DNA of 64,000 nt. Origin: Nymphaea colorata (lineage: Eukaryota). The notes under the pieces are model-generated. The model did no database searches, was not told where the DNA came from, and worked only from the letters and a program-made list of their open reading frames with translations. The position numbers and the translations under genes were made by a program. The DNA lies in contig NC_045138.2 of the NCBI RefSeq assembly GCF_008831285.2, forward strand, positions 12,214,001 through 12,278,000, read 5' to 3'. How positions within the stretch are numbered: the first letter of the stretch is position 1; each line of letters starts with the position of its first letter. This document shows, piece by piece, positions 47,501 through 62,478 of the stretch.

Positions 47501-50500
47501 CATGGATTATAAATAGCGTGCAGACACACATCACTCCTACTATTGCATATTATACTTCTACCAAACATATGTGAGAATTTTTGAAGCAAACTTACTCTCA
47601 CGACAAGAATATGAGCAAAATTTTGCAAGTTGAAGAAGAACTTCTTAAACTCCAATAGGGTGATCCAAATCTTGCCTAGTATTTCACTTCAGTCAAATCA
47701 ACCTATGAAAGGCTCAAAGCACTATGTCCTCCTAGTCAATCATGCTACAAAACTCACTTTGAGCAACACATGATGGCGAAATTTTTATCTGGGTTATTTC
47801 CTGATTTTTGAAGTTGCCAAAGCCCAAATGTTGACTGGTGCTGAAATTTCAGATCTTGCTGAGGCCCATAATAGGCTAAGTCATCTGCTTGTGACTCTCT
47901 CTCCTTCCCCAACAGATGCACACACTTCAGCATTGGCAGTCTCAGGAGGCTGTGGGCAGGCCTTCAGTAGAGGGAGAGGTGGTCGTGGCTCAGGAGGTGA
48001 ACGTGGTAGATTTCAATGCACTTTTTATGAAAAACTTGGACATTTAGAAGATAGATACTGGAATAAATATGGTCACCCAGTCACCATGCAGAACCAAGGC
48101 TCTGAGGCATCACAGCTCAAGGGTTCTTCTCATATCCTAAGGGCTTCACATGTTGAAGATAGCAGCGCAGAATCAAGTACAAAAAAGATCATAGTAAGTA
48201 TCAGTAAATCTGAGTATGAACAATTTCTGTTTCAGAAAGCCCTCTTTCGCATCAGCTTCTACAGTTGTGGGTGATTCTGCCTTCTCCACCAGTATACAGA
48301 CCCAAAATCCAGGTATTTCATCGATCATTGATTCTAGAGCCTCCAAGCATTTTTCTAATCAACCACACTTATTCATTGTGCATCATCGTTTTCCTCAACA
48401 TAGACAGGTGAAGCTTGTAGATGGGAGATTCTCTCCTATTATCAGTTGGGGTAGTATGAAAATTTCTGATTGTCCAATTGTGAATAACGTATTGTTTGCT
48501 CTTGACTTTCCCACTAATCTTCTCTCAGTTAAAGAGTTGACTCATGATTTTGAACTATAGAATTATTTTTTAAACTGGTTTGTGTTGGTTTCAGGACTTA
48601 AAGACTCGAAGGATGATTGGTGGAGGCCATGAGCGAGGGGGTGTTTATTTTTTGTTTGAGCCCATGGGTACAGCTGCTTGCTCAGTCCCTTCCAAACCTA
48701 CAAATCTTTAGTGACATCTTAGACTTTGGCATCCATCAGTGTCAAAAAATTTGTTGCTTGTTTCCTCAACCTTTTATGTCAGAGTCACTTCAGTGCGAAG
48801 CCCGTCAACTTGGGAAGCACACTAGGAGTAGTTCCCCATCGAGTCTAAGTCCTTCAAGTCATAGTTTGTTTGATTTACTTCATGTCAATGTGTGGGGCCT
48901 AGCCGTACTGCTAATAGGTACAAATTTTGGTATTATCTTGTCATAGTTGATGATTTCTCTTGTGTCAGTTGGGTCTTCCTATTGAGGGAATGCTCTGCAG
49001 TTATGTATCTTTCAAAATCTTGTCATTGAAATAAAGACTCAATTTGGTGTTTTTGTTACGCCTGTTCGCACTAACAATGCTCTGGAATTCAAATCCTCCA
49101 CTCTATTACAATTGTACTCAAAACATGACATTGTTCCTCAATTACCTGTCCACATACCTCGCAACAGGATGGTGTTGCAAAGAGAAAGCACCAACATTTG
49201 TTGGAAGTTGCTTGTACTCTCATGCTGCAGAGTCATGTACCATCCTTTTTTTTTTTTTTTTGGGGGGGGGGGGGTGCGATCCTAACTACATGTTATCTTA
49301 TTAATCACTTGTCATCTTCATCTATACTTAACAAAATTCTCATTCAGATGCTTTACCCTAATCGTCCATTGTTTCAAACTCCACCTCACGTATTTGGCTG
49401 CACATGCTTTGTTCATACCCTTGGCCCAAAGCAAGACAAACTTGCTGCCCAAGCCTAAAAATGTGCCTTCATTAGTTATCCCAAGAACCAATGAGGATAC
49501 AAATGCTTTGACCCTATAACTTAGAAATGGATGTCACATTTTTTGAGTCCAGTATATATTTCTTACGCCCATCTACCTCATGCTCTCAGATGCTCCCTCA
49601 GTGTCCTTTGCCACCATTCCCGCTTATGTCCCTTTCAAGTCCCCCATCACCACTCGGGAATTATTTTTTGGACCCTCCTTTGGTCTGCTCTTGTCGACAA
49701 AGTCCTCACATGGCTCTCCTTCATCATCCTCCCATGAGATAAGTGTGCTTGACTCCTCAAAAGCTCCTCTAACTAACTATGACTGGCAGGATCTCCCTAT
49801 TGCCTTGTGGAAGGGCAAACGTCAATGCACCATCCACCACATTTCACAGTTTGTGGCCTCTGACTATGTTAGTGACAAGATGCGATAATTCATTCATGTT
49901 CTGTCTGTTCATACTGCCCCAACAAGTCATCAACAAGCATTACAGGACCCTAAATGGCACCAGGCTATGAACAAGGAGATACATACTCTATATCAACGCT
50001 ACATGTGGGACCTTGTTTTTCCTAATTTAGAGTGTGATATTGTTGGCTCCAATTGGGTGTTTACTAACAAATATCATGCAAATGAGACCATTGAATGATA
50101 TAAAGCTTGGCAGGTCACAAAAGGGTATACTCAGGCCTATGGTATTGATTTTTTTAACACCTTCTCACCAGTTGCCTGCTTAGGCATCGTTTGTTTCCTG
50201 GTCTCTCTTGTAGTTCACTATGACTGGCAGAGACATGAATTGGATGTCAAAAATACATTATTGTATGGCGATGTTGAGAACACGATTTATATGCAACAAC
50301 CACCCGACTTCGAGATTCATGGGGAGTGTGGGAAGGTGTGTAAATTGAGGAAGCCATATATGGACTGAAGCAAAGTCCCTGTACATGGTTTCATAAACTA
50401 TTTGATGTTGTCTCATAGAGTGGATTCTAGAGGTTACCCCTTGATCATTCAGCATTTGTTAAGAAGGGAGCGTTGGGTATGGTTATTTTGGCAGTGTATG

Positions 50501-53500
50501 TTGATGATATTATCATGACCAGTGACTATAAACAAGGTATATTTGATACCAAAGATTTTATTCAGAAGCACTTTGTCACAAAGGATCTTAGACACTTGAG
50601 ATATTTTCTTGGGATAGAGGTGGCTCGTAGTAAGGAGCGGTTCTCTCTCAAAGGAAATACATTTTAAACTTGTTGCAAGAAACAAGAATGTTGGAGGAAA
50701 AACCTGCTACCATTCTCATGAATCCATGATTTCACCTACATGATGAACAGTCAGAACCTATAGAATCTAAGGCGTATAGATCTTTAATTGGAAGTCTTCT
50801 TTATGTCACAGTTACAAGACCTGATATTAGTTTCACAGTGGGGAAGCTGAGTCAGTTTATGGAGAAACCAAGGAAGATTCATTGGGAAGCTGCATTGATG
50901 ATACTCAAATACTTAAAAACTTCTCCTAGTAAAGGATTACTATCCAAGAAGGATAAAACCTTAGATGTCTGAACCTATAGTGATGCAGATTATGTAGGAT
51001 CTGTTAAAGATAGAAAATCTACTAGTAGGTTTTGTGTTTTTGTAGGAGGGAACCTTACATCCTGGAGGAGCAAGAAATAGAGTGTGGTCTCAAGGTCTAG
51101 TACTTAGTCAGAATATAGGGACATGGCTCAAATGACAGTAGAAATGACATGGGTCAAATCCATGTTTGAAAGCCTTGACACTCCAGTTCCACTACCTATG
51201 ACAATGTCTTGTGATAACAGGCCAGCCACTTATATTGCAGATAACCCGGTCTTTCACGAAATGACCAAACTCATTGAAGTGGTCTGTCATTACATTTGTG
51301 ACTTAGTTCAAGGAGGAGTGGTTTCTATAACTCATGTTGCCTTTGAAGAACAAACCACTGATATCTTTACTAAAGCTCTTGCAATTAGTGAATTTTCAAA
51401 GTATTGTAACAAGCTGAGCATGGAAGATATTTATGCTCCAGCTTGAGGGGAATGTTGACGATGAAGGAGTTTTTGAATATTAAAGAACTTGACAGTTCTT
51501 TAATTATTTTTAATATTTTTCTGGTTTACGAAGTAATTATACTTTGTGCCCTAATTCTCCTTAAGTAAGGGTTAGGGTAAGTAATCAAATACCTTTTTTT
51601 TCCTTCTTCAACAACAATATTTAACAAATTTGCAGATAAGGTCCACCAAAGTGACATATCCCTCCAATGGATTGATATAGTGAACACAAAGTAGACCCTC
51701 TTCCCTTTATCCTGGAATGCTTTCATCTTGCAGTCCATATCCTCCAACTTAGAGCACATCTTGACAATAGGCACATCTCTGTCATCATAATTACCTTGGC
51801 TGGAATCACCTTTTTCCTTTTTCTTGGATTTGATAGCCTTCTGTTTGATTTCAGTTTCAGGGTCTGAGTTGTTTGTCTCATTCTTCTTCTTGTCTTTCTT
51901 GGAGCTACATGACTTCTTTTTTTTTTTCTCATCTTTTGAATGATAGTTTTTTTCATTTATGGCTTGTTGTCTCTCTTGTCATGAGGTTTCTTTTGGTAGA
52001 GCTCTACCCTAGACCCCCTGTTACTTTGATGTTGCTTTATCTTTCCTTTTAGCTTCCTCTTAGTTTACTTTTCCTATGAGTCCAAAGCTTCATTGCTTTC
52101 ATGGTCCTTTCTCTTCCCCTCAGACCTCTTACGCGATCGCCATTTCTCAATCTTAGTTTCATTGGACTCTTCCTCATTCTTGCATGTTCTTCATTTTCCT
52201 TTCTTGCTAGAGAAAAGACTCACTATATTGCTTGATCAAGCGACAATCCATTATGAACTGCCGGAGCATTTGCTGAAACATGATCATTATCACAATATCC
52301 ACCATGCCACTGCCCTTGGTTTCTTTAGCATGCAGAGTCTGAGAGTTCTCAAGATCCACCTTGATCTCAAGGTTTTCCCCATTCTTTGTCTGTGAAGGAG
52401 CCTAGGCGACATTTTGGAAAAGTGGCTGAGTCTCGCTTATAGACAAGAAAAAGTGTGGATGAGACAAGCACAACTGTGAGAGTTGTAACGACATGGAAGA
52501 TGTGGACATGGATTGGAGGGTGATGACAATTGTGATCATCCCATTACTAGGGATAGGGTTGCCATGAGAAGGAAAGATTTCTTGACTTGCCCATACTGAC
52601 AACTTCAATGATAGAACAGGTCTTATTACCTAAGCAAGGTCATCAACAAAGTTGAAATCATAAACAAGAACAATAATTGCAATATAAAAATTTATTAATC
52701 AAAAGACTTCTAAAAGTGCTGACATTAGAGTGTGAACAAGAATGACAAAACATGACAATGAGGTAAAGTACTACTCTTCTGGACAAAGGGAAGGAGGACA
52801 ATTTCCTCTCCACCACTCAGCATAGTCTAGCCCTATGGCTACACCTAGAAAGAGGTCCAAGTACACAAACGACCACCAATTTTAATGAGTGTCATGGTAT
52901 ACTCCTGACTATGATGGTATCTCCAATTAAAACTTTGAAATGGCTCCCCAACTGGTAATCAGATAACTCTTTAACTACTTTTGGAAAACTTGATAGATGC
53001 ATCTTTATGGCTTATAAGAGAATGAGAAGAATGGCCCAAGTAAGTTGTAACCTCCATTTAGATGGTAGATGAACCAAATGGACTGTTGTGCCAGTTGAAA
53101 AAGTTCTAGACAACTACCTCCTCACCCAATTCATCAATCAGCTAGTCGTAGTGGTGGATAGGACACAGAAGGACATCCTTTGCTGGGATCCTGAAGTGCC
53201 AGACTTGTGGTGCTACATGTGTCAAAAACAACTATTATAGTGCTATGGTACATTCCTCTATGACCAGCATCTCTTTCGTGATGAATTTGGACAATCCATG
53301 GTACAAGAAGGCTGATGCTGTCATAGCTAGGGAAAGACATGTTGTCTGCGTAATTCTTCCTCTCCTAAAGAGCTGAAGGGTACAAACATCTGGGCGGATT
53401 TCTACGTCTTGGAAGAACACAAGTGCCAGTATAGTCAAGAGTCATCTTGTACTCTTTCATCACTCAGTTGGACATTTTAGGTACATCTATGCCATCCCAT

Positions 53501-53740
53501 GTCCTCATATAGAGGTCATATGACTCTATGTGCATGTTTCATCCTTCCTCCAGGATGCAGCATTTGTTGGATTCGATCTACTTCTAAAGTATCAACTTCA
53601 ACTTGCCAACAACTGATTGATGAGAATCTAGTGTTCTAATGGACCATTTGGGTGATCAGCTAGAGGTGACCAGTTCTGACAATCCATGATATCTGAAAAT
53701 TTGTCATACATGATAGTCATTTCACCTCAAGGATACCAAA
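44600..53740 (-). mobile_element. Decayed non-chromoviral Gypsy (Ogre/Tat-like): long 5' region, gag and protease, interrupted by the Copia at 46510-51616
   Basis: Gag LKQKLGEIVHQFNLRWK; knuckle remnant YY..H..YGHDMKNCFVL (~45670-45735); protease end PSYNLLLGGP; PBS-like TGGTATCCTTGAGGTG next to CA-TTT at ~53723-53743. Confidence 0.65.
46510..51616 (+). mobile_element. Full-length degenerate Ty1/Copia (Ale-like, short LTRs 46510-46677 and 51453-51616)
   Basis: TGTTGA...CAACA LTR pair of ~165 bp; TSD ATATT at 46505-46509 and 51617-51621; PBS TGGTGCCAGAG; PPT GAGGGGAA. Gag KLDDTNY..W, RT AVYVDDII, YFLGIEVARS, C-terminus DIYAPA*. Confidence 0.95.
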
Positions 53741-53741
53741 A

Positions 53742-56700
53742 TGTGTTGATGTGGGTGTTCACAAACTCATTTAATGCATAAATCAAGTTGTCTTGACCTC
53801 TTCCATTACCTTTTTTGTTGTGCTAATTAACCACAATCTTGCTAAAAATAGTTGTTGTGGGCCTCACATTCTTTGGTCTCCTCAAAACTGCCACAAATAT
53901 CTTCTGTAGGTCATGAGAACATTAGTTTCCACGACCTATAAAAAATAACCATAGTAGTTCTACTGATGTTAACCTAATGGAACCTAATAAAAATAGTTGT
54001 TGTAACTTCTACGGACCTCAATCCCTAAAAACTACCTAAAATAGTGCAATAGAACCCTATAACCATACCTGCTAGAAAGATCTCTAGCAACACCCACAAA
54101 TTTTATTTTAACCAAATATGTCATAAATAGGCTTAGTTGGGTCTAAAAAACCTAGTTCTAGAATCAGACCAAATACAGCTTTAGTAGAGCCTACAAATCC
54201 TAGTTTCCTCAAACCTGTCAAAGATAACCTCAACCAGGCCCCATAACTGTAGTTCTCCAAAACTACCATTAGTAATCCTAGTAGGACCCATGAACCTTAA
54301 TTTCTAAAATCCATGGATCCCACATAGCCAACTTTTCAAAACTTGCCCGATATAGAGTAATTTGTTTAGATAAATCTATTTCAAATAAAGTTGAACTTGG
54401 CTCAGCTCACTGATCCTGATTGTGAACCAAAATTCAGCCAAACTTAGCAAAGGTAAATAAATCAATATAGGTCAAGCCTAGGTGACACCCTGACGCGAAC
54501 CCAGTTCAAGTTCTAACCCAGTATGCTCAAGTCTACTGAGCCTCTGACCCAAATCAATATCAGTTTGGCCAGGTTTGGTAAACTGAACCCACAACTCTAC
54601 TACAACCAATTCCATTTCGACCTGGAATGGTCAATTGAATCCAATTCTAATAAAATTAGTTGCAGTTTCACCTAGACCTAAAGCAAATGGTGTCAACTGA
54701 ACCCGATTTACTCAAAGCAGTCTCAATTTGACTTATAATGTTTGAGCTCATTCAACTAAACCTGAACCTGACCCACCTAGCCCAATGGAACCCAACATTG
54801 GGAAGCTGCCTAATTCAGATCATTTTTCAATCCAAATCCACAATCAAGATATATGTTTGAATATTAGATCATTAAATCTAAATTTATTCTAGATCCAAAT
54901 TTTGGCTCTAAATATATTCTCAGCTTCAGTTTCTTATCTGAAATAGCGATCAAAATATCTTCAAATCGATGTTGAAGATCAAATTTGTATCTTCACCGGA
55001 TGTTTCCACTTGTCATAATATAAAATTCCAACCATCCAAACCAGGTTTCGCCTTTTTCTAAAACTAGGTTTTGTCTTTTTTTTTTGTTCAAAATCAGACT
55101 TTGTCCTTACCTTGATTTGTTTTTAAAATTAGATTTTTTTTTAACTTTCTTTCTTGTCTTTTACAAAAAGTCCAAAACTAGAATAGGTAGGAATGTCATC
55201 CTCCTCATCTATTAATAAAGGAGAAGAAGGGTACGTCCCTCACATTCTCTTCTATCTAAGGTGAGATCTCTCTCTCTCTCCCCCTCCCTCTTGTCATTTT
55301 AAATTATTTTCTTCAATCTTCATTGACTTTGGGCTCTCTCTCCTCTCTCAGGCTGCTGCCTCTTAGGAGGTGTTACCTTGGATATCTAACTAGGGAGAAC
55401 TAAGAAAGAAGAAGAAGAAAAGAAGAAGAAGGGGGAAAAGAAGCAGACTAATTTTTCTCTCTTTCTCCCTCTCGTTATCCCTTTCTCTCCCTGTTTGTCT
55501 GTCTCTAATTTACACATGTATATTGGAGTTCTCTATAGAGGCTCTGTTCTTATCATTCTCGTCGCATGCTTGCTCTCATTCTTTAGTTCATGGTCATATT
55601 TATGAAACATAGTTCATCTTCATAGATTAAACTTTTTTTCTTGAGGCCAACATATTTTCCATGTTTGTCATGAATTACAGTTGTAGTAAAGAGGTTGAGG
55701 TCATCTACATGGACAATTTCTTCCTCACAAAACTAACGATTCATGGCTCTTTCTATGTGTCATATATTTCTTTGCTATCAAGAGGATAGGTCGTCCTTGT
55801 GGACATGGACATTAATTTTGCTGACATGAAATCATCAGTTTCCCTTGTCGAATAGCATATTTGCATTGGTTTTCCATGAATCTACAAGCTATGACAATGA
55901 AGGATTAGCTTGATACATAAGATACATCTATGCATCATGTGTTTTTTTTATTCCCCACGTTATGAATCTTGATTTCTAGTTCCTAGCATGCATGCAAGCA
56001 TTATATCCATCAACTTCATGCATGAAGTGTCATACATGTTAGAAATCGTGGTTTTCAAGTGTCTGACATGGTAATTTATGGTTCTTAATAGGAATCGTGT
56101 TTCAGAGACATGATCGCTTTAGTTCATGTAAAAATATGTTTTCTGAACAATCCAAATTTTTACCCAGTTTTCAGAGGCCTGGTTCTCTCAATCCGTGAAC
56201 TATATTCACCAACCATAAAAGCCGCTAATCCTCCTATGTGTCTAAATAGTCTCCACCAAGTTTCATCAGAATCGAACTTGTTTTGGTCCTCCGTATGCAT
56301 GATATTCTGGGAACGGTTTTCTGCAATTCTCAAACTATAGAAACATGGTCCTGAAAGTCTGTCAACTTTGAAACTCAATAAATTAAGTTATGCAACTCTG
56401 ATTTTCAGTTCATAAAGCTGTAGGTTTGCTATGGTCTCTAGCTTGACACCATTTAGCTGTAATGCCTCAAATTAAGTTACAATTTAAACTATTAATTGCC
56501 TATGCACGACTAGAATATTGATAAACAAATAAAAAAATCTTTTGCCTTTGTATTTAGTGCATGACATGATATATCCTAAACAAATAAGAGAATCTAATGA
56601 CCTTGAAGATCCAAATCAAAAGATGTTTTGATATAAATCATGATCCAATGAAATATTTACAAATGTAGGGTATCAAGATACCCTGAACTCACTATGGAGC

Positions 56701-56900
56701 CATGGAAAACATAATGTCCATAATCAAAGTAAGAACAAGTCAAACAGTCAAAAGAGAGTGTCTGTAGGCCACTGATTTCTAGGTTGCTCATCCAAACTTG
56801 TCCACAACTGCAATTTACTAGAGTTACTGAAAAAGATAAAGGTAAAAGTTTGGTATATTTTCTACACCAATTTTCAGCCCAATCCGTTTGATTTGATAAG
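53742..56900. repeat. LTR-like non-coding repeat sequence, probably more than one element
   Basis: Starts TG next to a PBS-like motif; degenerate short tandem units, CT/GA-rich tracts, no coherent ORF. Boundaries unresolved. Confidence 0.4.
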
Positions 56901-56907
56901 TCATTGG

Positions 56908-59900
56908 TGTTGAAAAACATTGTATCCAAGAGAAAAAGTGGCTAGATAAAAAAACAAAAAACAGAGAGAACATGGATTTACGTGGTTCAGCAATTTTAAG
57001 CATACATCCATGAGAAGGAAAAGAATTGATTGTCACTGAATTGATGTGCATATGATCTCGGTACAACTCCAATATATAGAAGATGAGAGCACAGAAACAG
57101 GAATTAGATAAACATGACCTTCATAGCAAGAAAAAAGGAAGCTAATCTTTTATCTCTTTTCCAAAGGACTTGATCTGGATCTGCTCCAGATTTTAGCTTG
57201 ACTCGATCTCCTTGGTTTTGCCTAATTGTTTTGCATGATCTGTTCTCCTATCTTGGTGCACTAGATTCCCTTCCATAAGTTTCCAACAATCTCCCCTTCA
57301 AGTTGGTGAGCAGTTATCAATCTGCTCCAACTTGTTTGATATGTATAAATGTTTGTCCTTCGCAAGACTCTCAGTGAAGATGTCAGCTAGTTGCCTCTCG
57401 CTTTTAATATGTGGAGTTGCGATAGTACCATCTTGAACCTTCTGCCTAATAAGGTGACAATCAACTTCTATATGTTTTGTGCGCTCGTGAAAGACAAGAT
57501 TAGCTCCAATATATATTGCAGCCATGTTGTCGTATTAAGTTCATAGCTCTCTTTATTTCAATGTTCATGTCTTTTAGCAATGCTTTGACCCACATAAGTT
57601 CACTACTGCAAGCTGTCATTGCTCTGTATTCAGCTTCAGCACTTGATCTTGCCACCAGAGTTTTTTTTTTTTGCTTTTCCATGTTACTAAATTTCCTCCA
57701 ACTAATGTACAGTAGCCAGATGTAGATCTGCAATCATTTGGATCTCCAGCCAAATCAGTATCTGCATATCCAACTACTTCAAGTTGCTGATCATGTTTCA
57801 TGAGTATTGCTTTTCCTGGAGTCCCTTTTACATACCTCAACACTCTATGAGCAGCTTCGACATGTGTGGATCTTGGTTTATGCATGAACTGACTTATTAA
57901 GCTAACAACATAAGCAATGCCAGGCCTGGTCACAGTTAAATGTATGAGTTTACCAACAAGTTTCTAAAAACCTTGAACATTCTCAACAATGTCTCCATCT
58001 TCTTTGTGCAGTTTGCAGTTTAGTTCCAAAAAAGTGTCGCTAGCCTTAGCTCCAATGTACCCCATCTCTTTTAATAAATGAAGAATATATTTCCGTTGGC
58101 AAATAAAAATACCTTTGTCAGAGTGTGCAACCTCAATGCCTAAAAAATACCTTAAAATACCTAGATCTTTGATTTCAAACTACTTATTAAAGATTTGTTT
58201 GACTTGGGTCATGAATTCTGTGTCATCACCTATCACAATAATGTCATCTACATAAACTAGTGAGATACAAATTTTCAATCCTTTAGTATAGGTGAACATG
58301 GTATAATCTGCAGAACTCCTTTTAAAGCCAATATGAGTAAGAACATCGCTTAAGCAAGAGAACCAAGCACAAGGAGACTGTTTTAGCCCATATAAAGCCT
58401 TTTTTAAGTTACAGACATACCCATTTTGGTTTGGAACACCCTGTGGAACTTCCATATACACTTCTTCATGAAGTTCTCCATGCAAGAAAGCATTTTCAAC
58501 ATCAAGCTGCATTAGTTTCCACCTTTTATTAGCTGCAATAGAATGTAAAATTCTGATAGTGTTCATTTTGGCGACTGGAGAGAATGTTTCATTGTAATCT
58601 ATTACTTCAGTCTGCATGAAACCCTTTCCTACTAGACGAGCCTTCAATCGTTCCATAATCCCATCCTTTTAAACTTTATTTTATACACCCACCTGCATCC
58701 AACCAATTTTTTTCCTTCAAGGAGAGGAACAAGATCCCGAGTTTGATTTTTTCGCAACATAGTAAGTTCTTCTTTCATAGCCTTTCTCCACCTACTCTCA
58801 CTGTTGGCTTCGTCAAAGGCTTTTGGTTTAGTTTGAGAGTAAGTGTTTAACACATAGGTTTGGTAAGGTGAGATAGGGTCTGAAAGGTTACATATGTTTC
58901 GATTGAATAAACTTTTTTTGTAGTCAAGTAGGTGTAGTAGTCACTCAGTTTTATTGGTGGTCTGGTATCGCGAGTGAAATGACGAATAGGTGGCTCAGGA
59001 CCTCGGCTTTGGGTTGATTCAGATACATCAATCTCTATGGACTGTTGTTCAGGTTCTTCCATGATTGACTCCTCTCCCTGATCTATGGAATTAGAGTCTA
59101 TAGACTGGTGGTCAGCAACAGGGGCATTGTTAAAAACATCTATAAGAGGCTGGATTTGTTCACTATGCGGAAAATCTAAATTACTTATTTGCTTCCCTTG
59201 AATTTAGGCACCAAAGGATGGCTCCTGCTAAAAAAACTTAACATCACGAGCAACAAGCAGTTTCCTAGAAATAGGATCATAACATTTGTATCCTCTTTTC
59301 CTACTAGAGTAACCCAAAAAAATACATTTAGTAGCTCATTTCTGAAACTTGTTTCTAAAATTTTCTTGAACATGAACATAGCATTTGCACCCAAAAACTT
59401 TGTAATGTTGAATCAAAACTATCCTTGTTAGAAGAAATTCAATAGGAATCTTATCATCTGTGCTAGAATTTGGAGTTCTATTGCTTAAAAAGAAAGCTGT
59501 GGCAATATCATCAGTCGAAAAACGTGAAGGAACATTCATGTGCATCATAAGAGATCAAGCAATATTGACTAACTGACGATTTTTTCATTCTGCAACTCCA
59601 TTTTGTTAGAGAGTCCTGTACATTGAGGTTGGATGCCTTTCTCTTTTAAGAAATTTTTTAGAATGTCATTGACATATTCTCCTCCATTGTCTGACCGAAG
59701 CTTTTGTACTTTAGAACCATACTATGTGAGAACCATGTATAACGAGACCTAATACTTAAAACCAGCATAAGATTCCTCAGGTGCAGGCCCCCAGACATCA
59801 GAATGTACTAAACTGAAAAAAATAGAAGATCTCTCACTATTAGGTTGGAACGGCAATCTTGTTGATTTGGAAAACTCACAAGCATCGCATCCCCAGCTTT

Positions 59901-62478
59901 CAATAGTGAAGTTAGGAACCAGCCGCTTTAGACTTCTATCAGAGACATGTCCAAGGTGAGCATGCCACTTTTGCTAATCAGATTCTTTTTTCTGGAAGTA
60001 AGAAAACTAGCATCACATGCATCAATTATGTAAAGACCTCCCTGCTCACGTTCTCTACCAATCACTTTCTTCGAGTTTCGATCCTGAAAAATCACCTCCT
60101 TTGAAGAAAAAACAGCCAAGCAATTATGAGTTTTTGTTAATTTGCTCACAGACATCAGACTAGCAAATATCTTAGGAACATAGAGAAGACTAGATTTAAT
60201 ATCTTTTTCAAGAAATATAGTTCTACCGACTCCTACTACTATAGGTGACCCATCTACAGTAAAAACATGTTGTTTTTGTTTTTTGTCTAAACTAGTAATC
60301 TTAAACGAATTTTCAGTCATGCAATCGGTGGCCCCAGAGTGAACAATCCAAGTAGAAGCAGTAGAAACAGAAATAAGAGCATGGTTCTTACCTTCAGATT
60401 CAACTGGTTGAGATGAAACCAGGTTCGCCTTTGAAAATTTTTGAAAGAATTTTTCAAGATCTTCCTTGGTCACAAAGTTGGGCAAATCTGACTGCTCGGA
60501 TAATGATTTCTCTCTAGTTGGACGACCAATTAACTCCCAACATCTATCACATGTGTGTCCTATCTTCTTGCAGTGATTGCATTTGAATTTGTTTGGGATT
60601 CTCTCGCCATTGCTATGGTCATTGGGAAGTTTGGAATCTCCCTTTTTATTGTTAATATAACATGCCATTTTCTCAAGGCTTTCTTCACTATTATTTTTTG
60701 AAGACACATTTATAACTTTTCGACAAGCTACCTCTCTTTGTATGGTCTGGCACACATTGTTAGATTCGTAATCATCAGCTTGACCAGCAAGAACTTTGAA
60801 GATCTTATCTTCTTGAAATCTACGCTTATAAACATCAGGATCAAAAGTAGCTGGTCAGTATTGCAAAAGTTCATCATAGAGACTCCGTAACTGACCAAGA
60901 TAAAACTGAATCGGCTTATCTCCCATAGTAAGCTTAGAAATTTCTATTTGAATTTCATATATACGAGCCACATCGTTCTGTTCCCCATACAACTCTTTTA
61001 AGGTATCCCAGACCTCTTTTGTTGTTTCTTGGTAAAGAACAGATTTGCAATCGGCTGCTCCATGGAATTGATTAGCCACGACATAATCATGTCGTTTTCT
61101 GACTCCCACTCTTGGTACTTTGGATCATCTTTGTTAGGCTATTTTATAGAGGCATTGATGAATCCAAGTTTTGATCGCCCACTGAGGAACAAACGAGCAG
61201 CTTTTGCCTAGCTTAGACAGTTTACACCATTGAGAAGCGTAGAGGTAATCTGTTGGTGTTATGATCATTGTTTCTTGGATTGTCTTTGACATTGTTGGAG
61301 CTGTTTTGATTAGATTCTGCCATAAAGACTAGCGAAAAAGCACTGACTCAGCAAGCAGCAGAACAAAAAATCAAATATGTATACACTCAGCATGGGGAAC
61401 GATCTTGTTCTAGTATATTACAGCAATCTAGCTGAACAAGAGGTGTGTCACTGGAAATCACCGAACGAAACCAATCTAGAACAGAATTGGGAATCGGGTG
61501 ATGAACTGCCGCCATCAGTCACAGCCGGCTACCAAGTGACCGGCGGAACTTGGAAAGTCAATAGCTTTCTCCAGTGCACTCCAAAAATTCTGTAATGGTG
61601 CAGGAGTGATCTACAGATACCTGGGATTCAAGTGGACTCCTGTTCGACAACTGGAGTCACCGGAAAAAAATATCACTGCAGCTGAAAAAATGATCTGGCG
61701 ATATTCCTCGCACGGTCCCTGTTTCTTCTTTGACAGAGATTCTCGTCCTTCAGCAATTAACAAGAATCAATGAATCAAAACAAGTGTAATTAATCCAGAA
61801 GATGATGAGAATTCTTCACCGGAGCAAAGAAATTCCCAATTTCAAAAGGACATTGGGGAAATTGTTGCTATACAGGTGAAACCTTGCTGAAAATGTTGTT
61901 CTACTGGAACTTCTGCAATTCGCCTTAAATCAGGCTCAAAAAATTCATGAACGATCCTCTAAACAAGGCAATACTTCTGGAATAATTGCCGCTTGCCGGC
62001 GTCACCTCCGGTGGCCAGATTTCTTTAGAATCAGTAAACATGATCATGTGGTAGACAGCAGGGAGCACTCCCTCTCAAGAACAACCTGGCTCTGATACCA
62101 TGTTGAAAAACATTGTATCCAAGAAAAAAAGTAGCTAGATAAAAAACAGAAAACAGAGAGAACATGGATTTATGTGGTTTGGCAATTTTAAGCCTACATC
62201 CACGAGAAGGAAAAGAATTGATTCTCATTGAATTGATTGTGCATCTGATCTCGGTACAACTCCAATATATAGAAGACGAGAGCACAGAAACAGGAATTTG
62301 ATAAACATGACCTTCATAGCAAGAAAAAGGGAAGCTAATCTCTTATCTCTTTTCCAAAGGACTTGATCTGATCTGCTTCCCAATTTTAGCTTGACTCAAT
62401 CTTCTTTGTTTTTCCTGATTTTTTGGCATCATCTGTTCTATCTTGGTGCACTAGATTCCCTTCCAGAAGTTTCCAACA
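56908..62478 (-). mobile_element. Full-length degenerate Ty1/Copia LTR retrotransposon (LTRs 62101-62478 and 56908-57288)
   Basis: TGTTG...CAACA LTR pair; TSD ATTGG at 56903-56907 and 62479-62483; perfect PBS-Met complement GCTCTGATACCA at 62089-62100; PPT at ~57290-57300. [50 protein letters not shown]. Confidence 0.96.
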
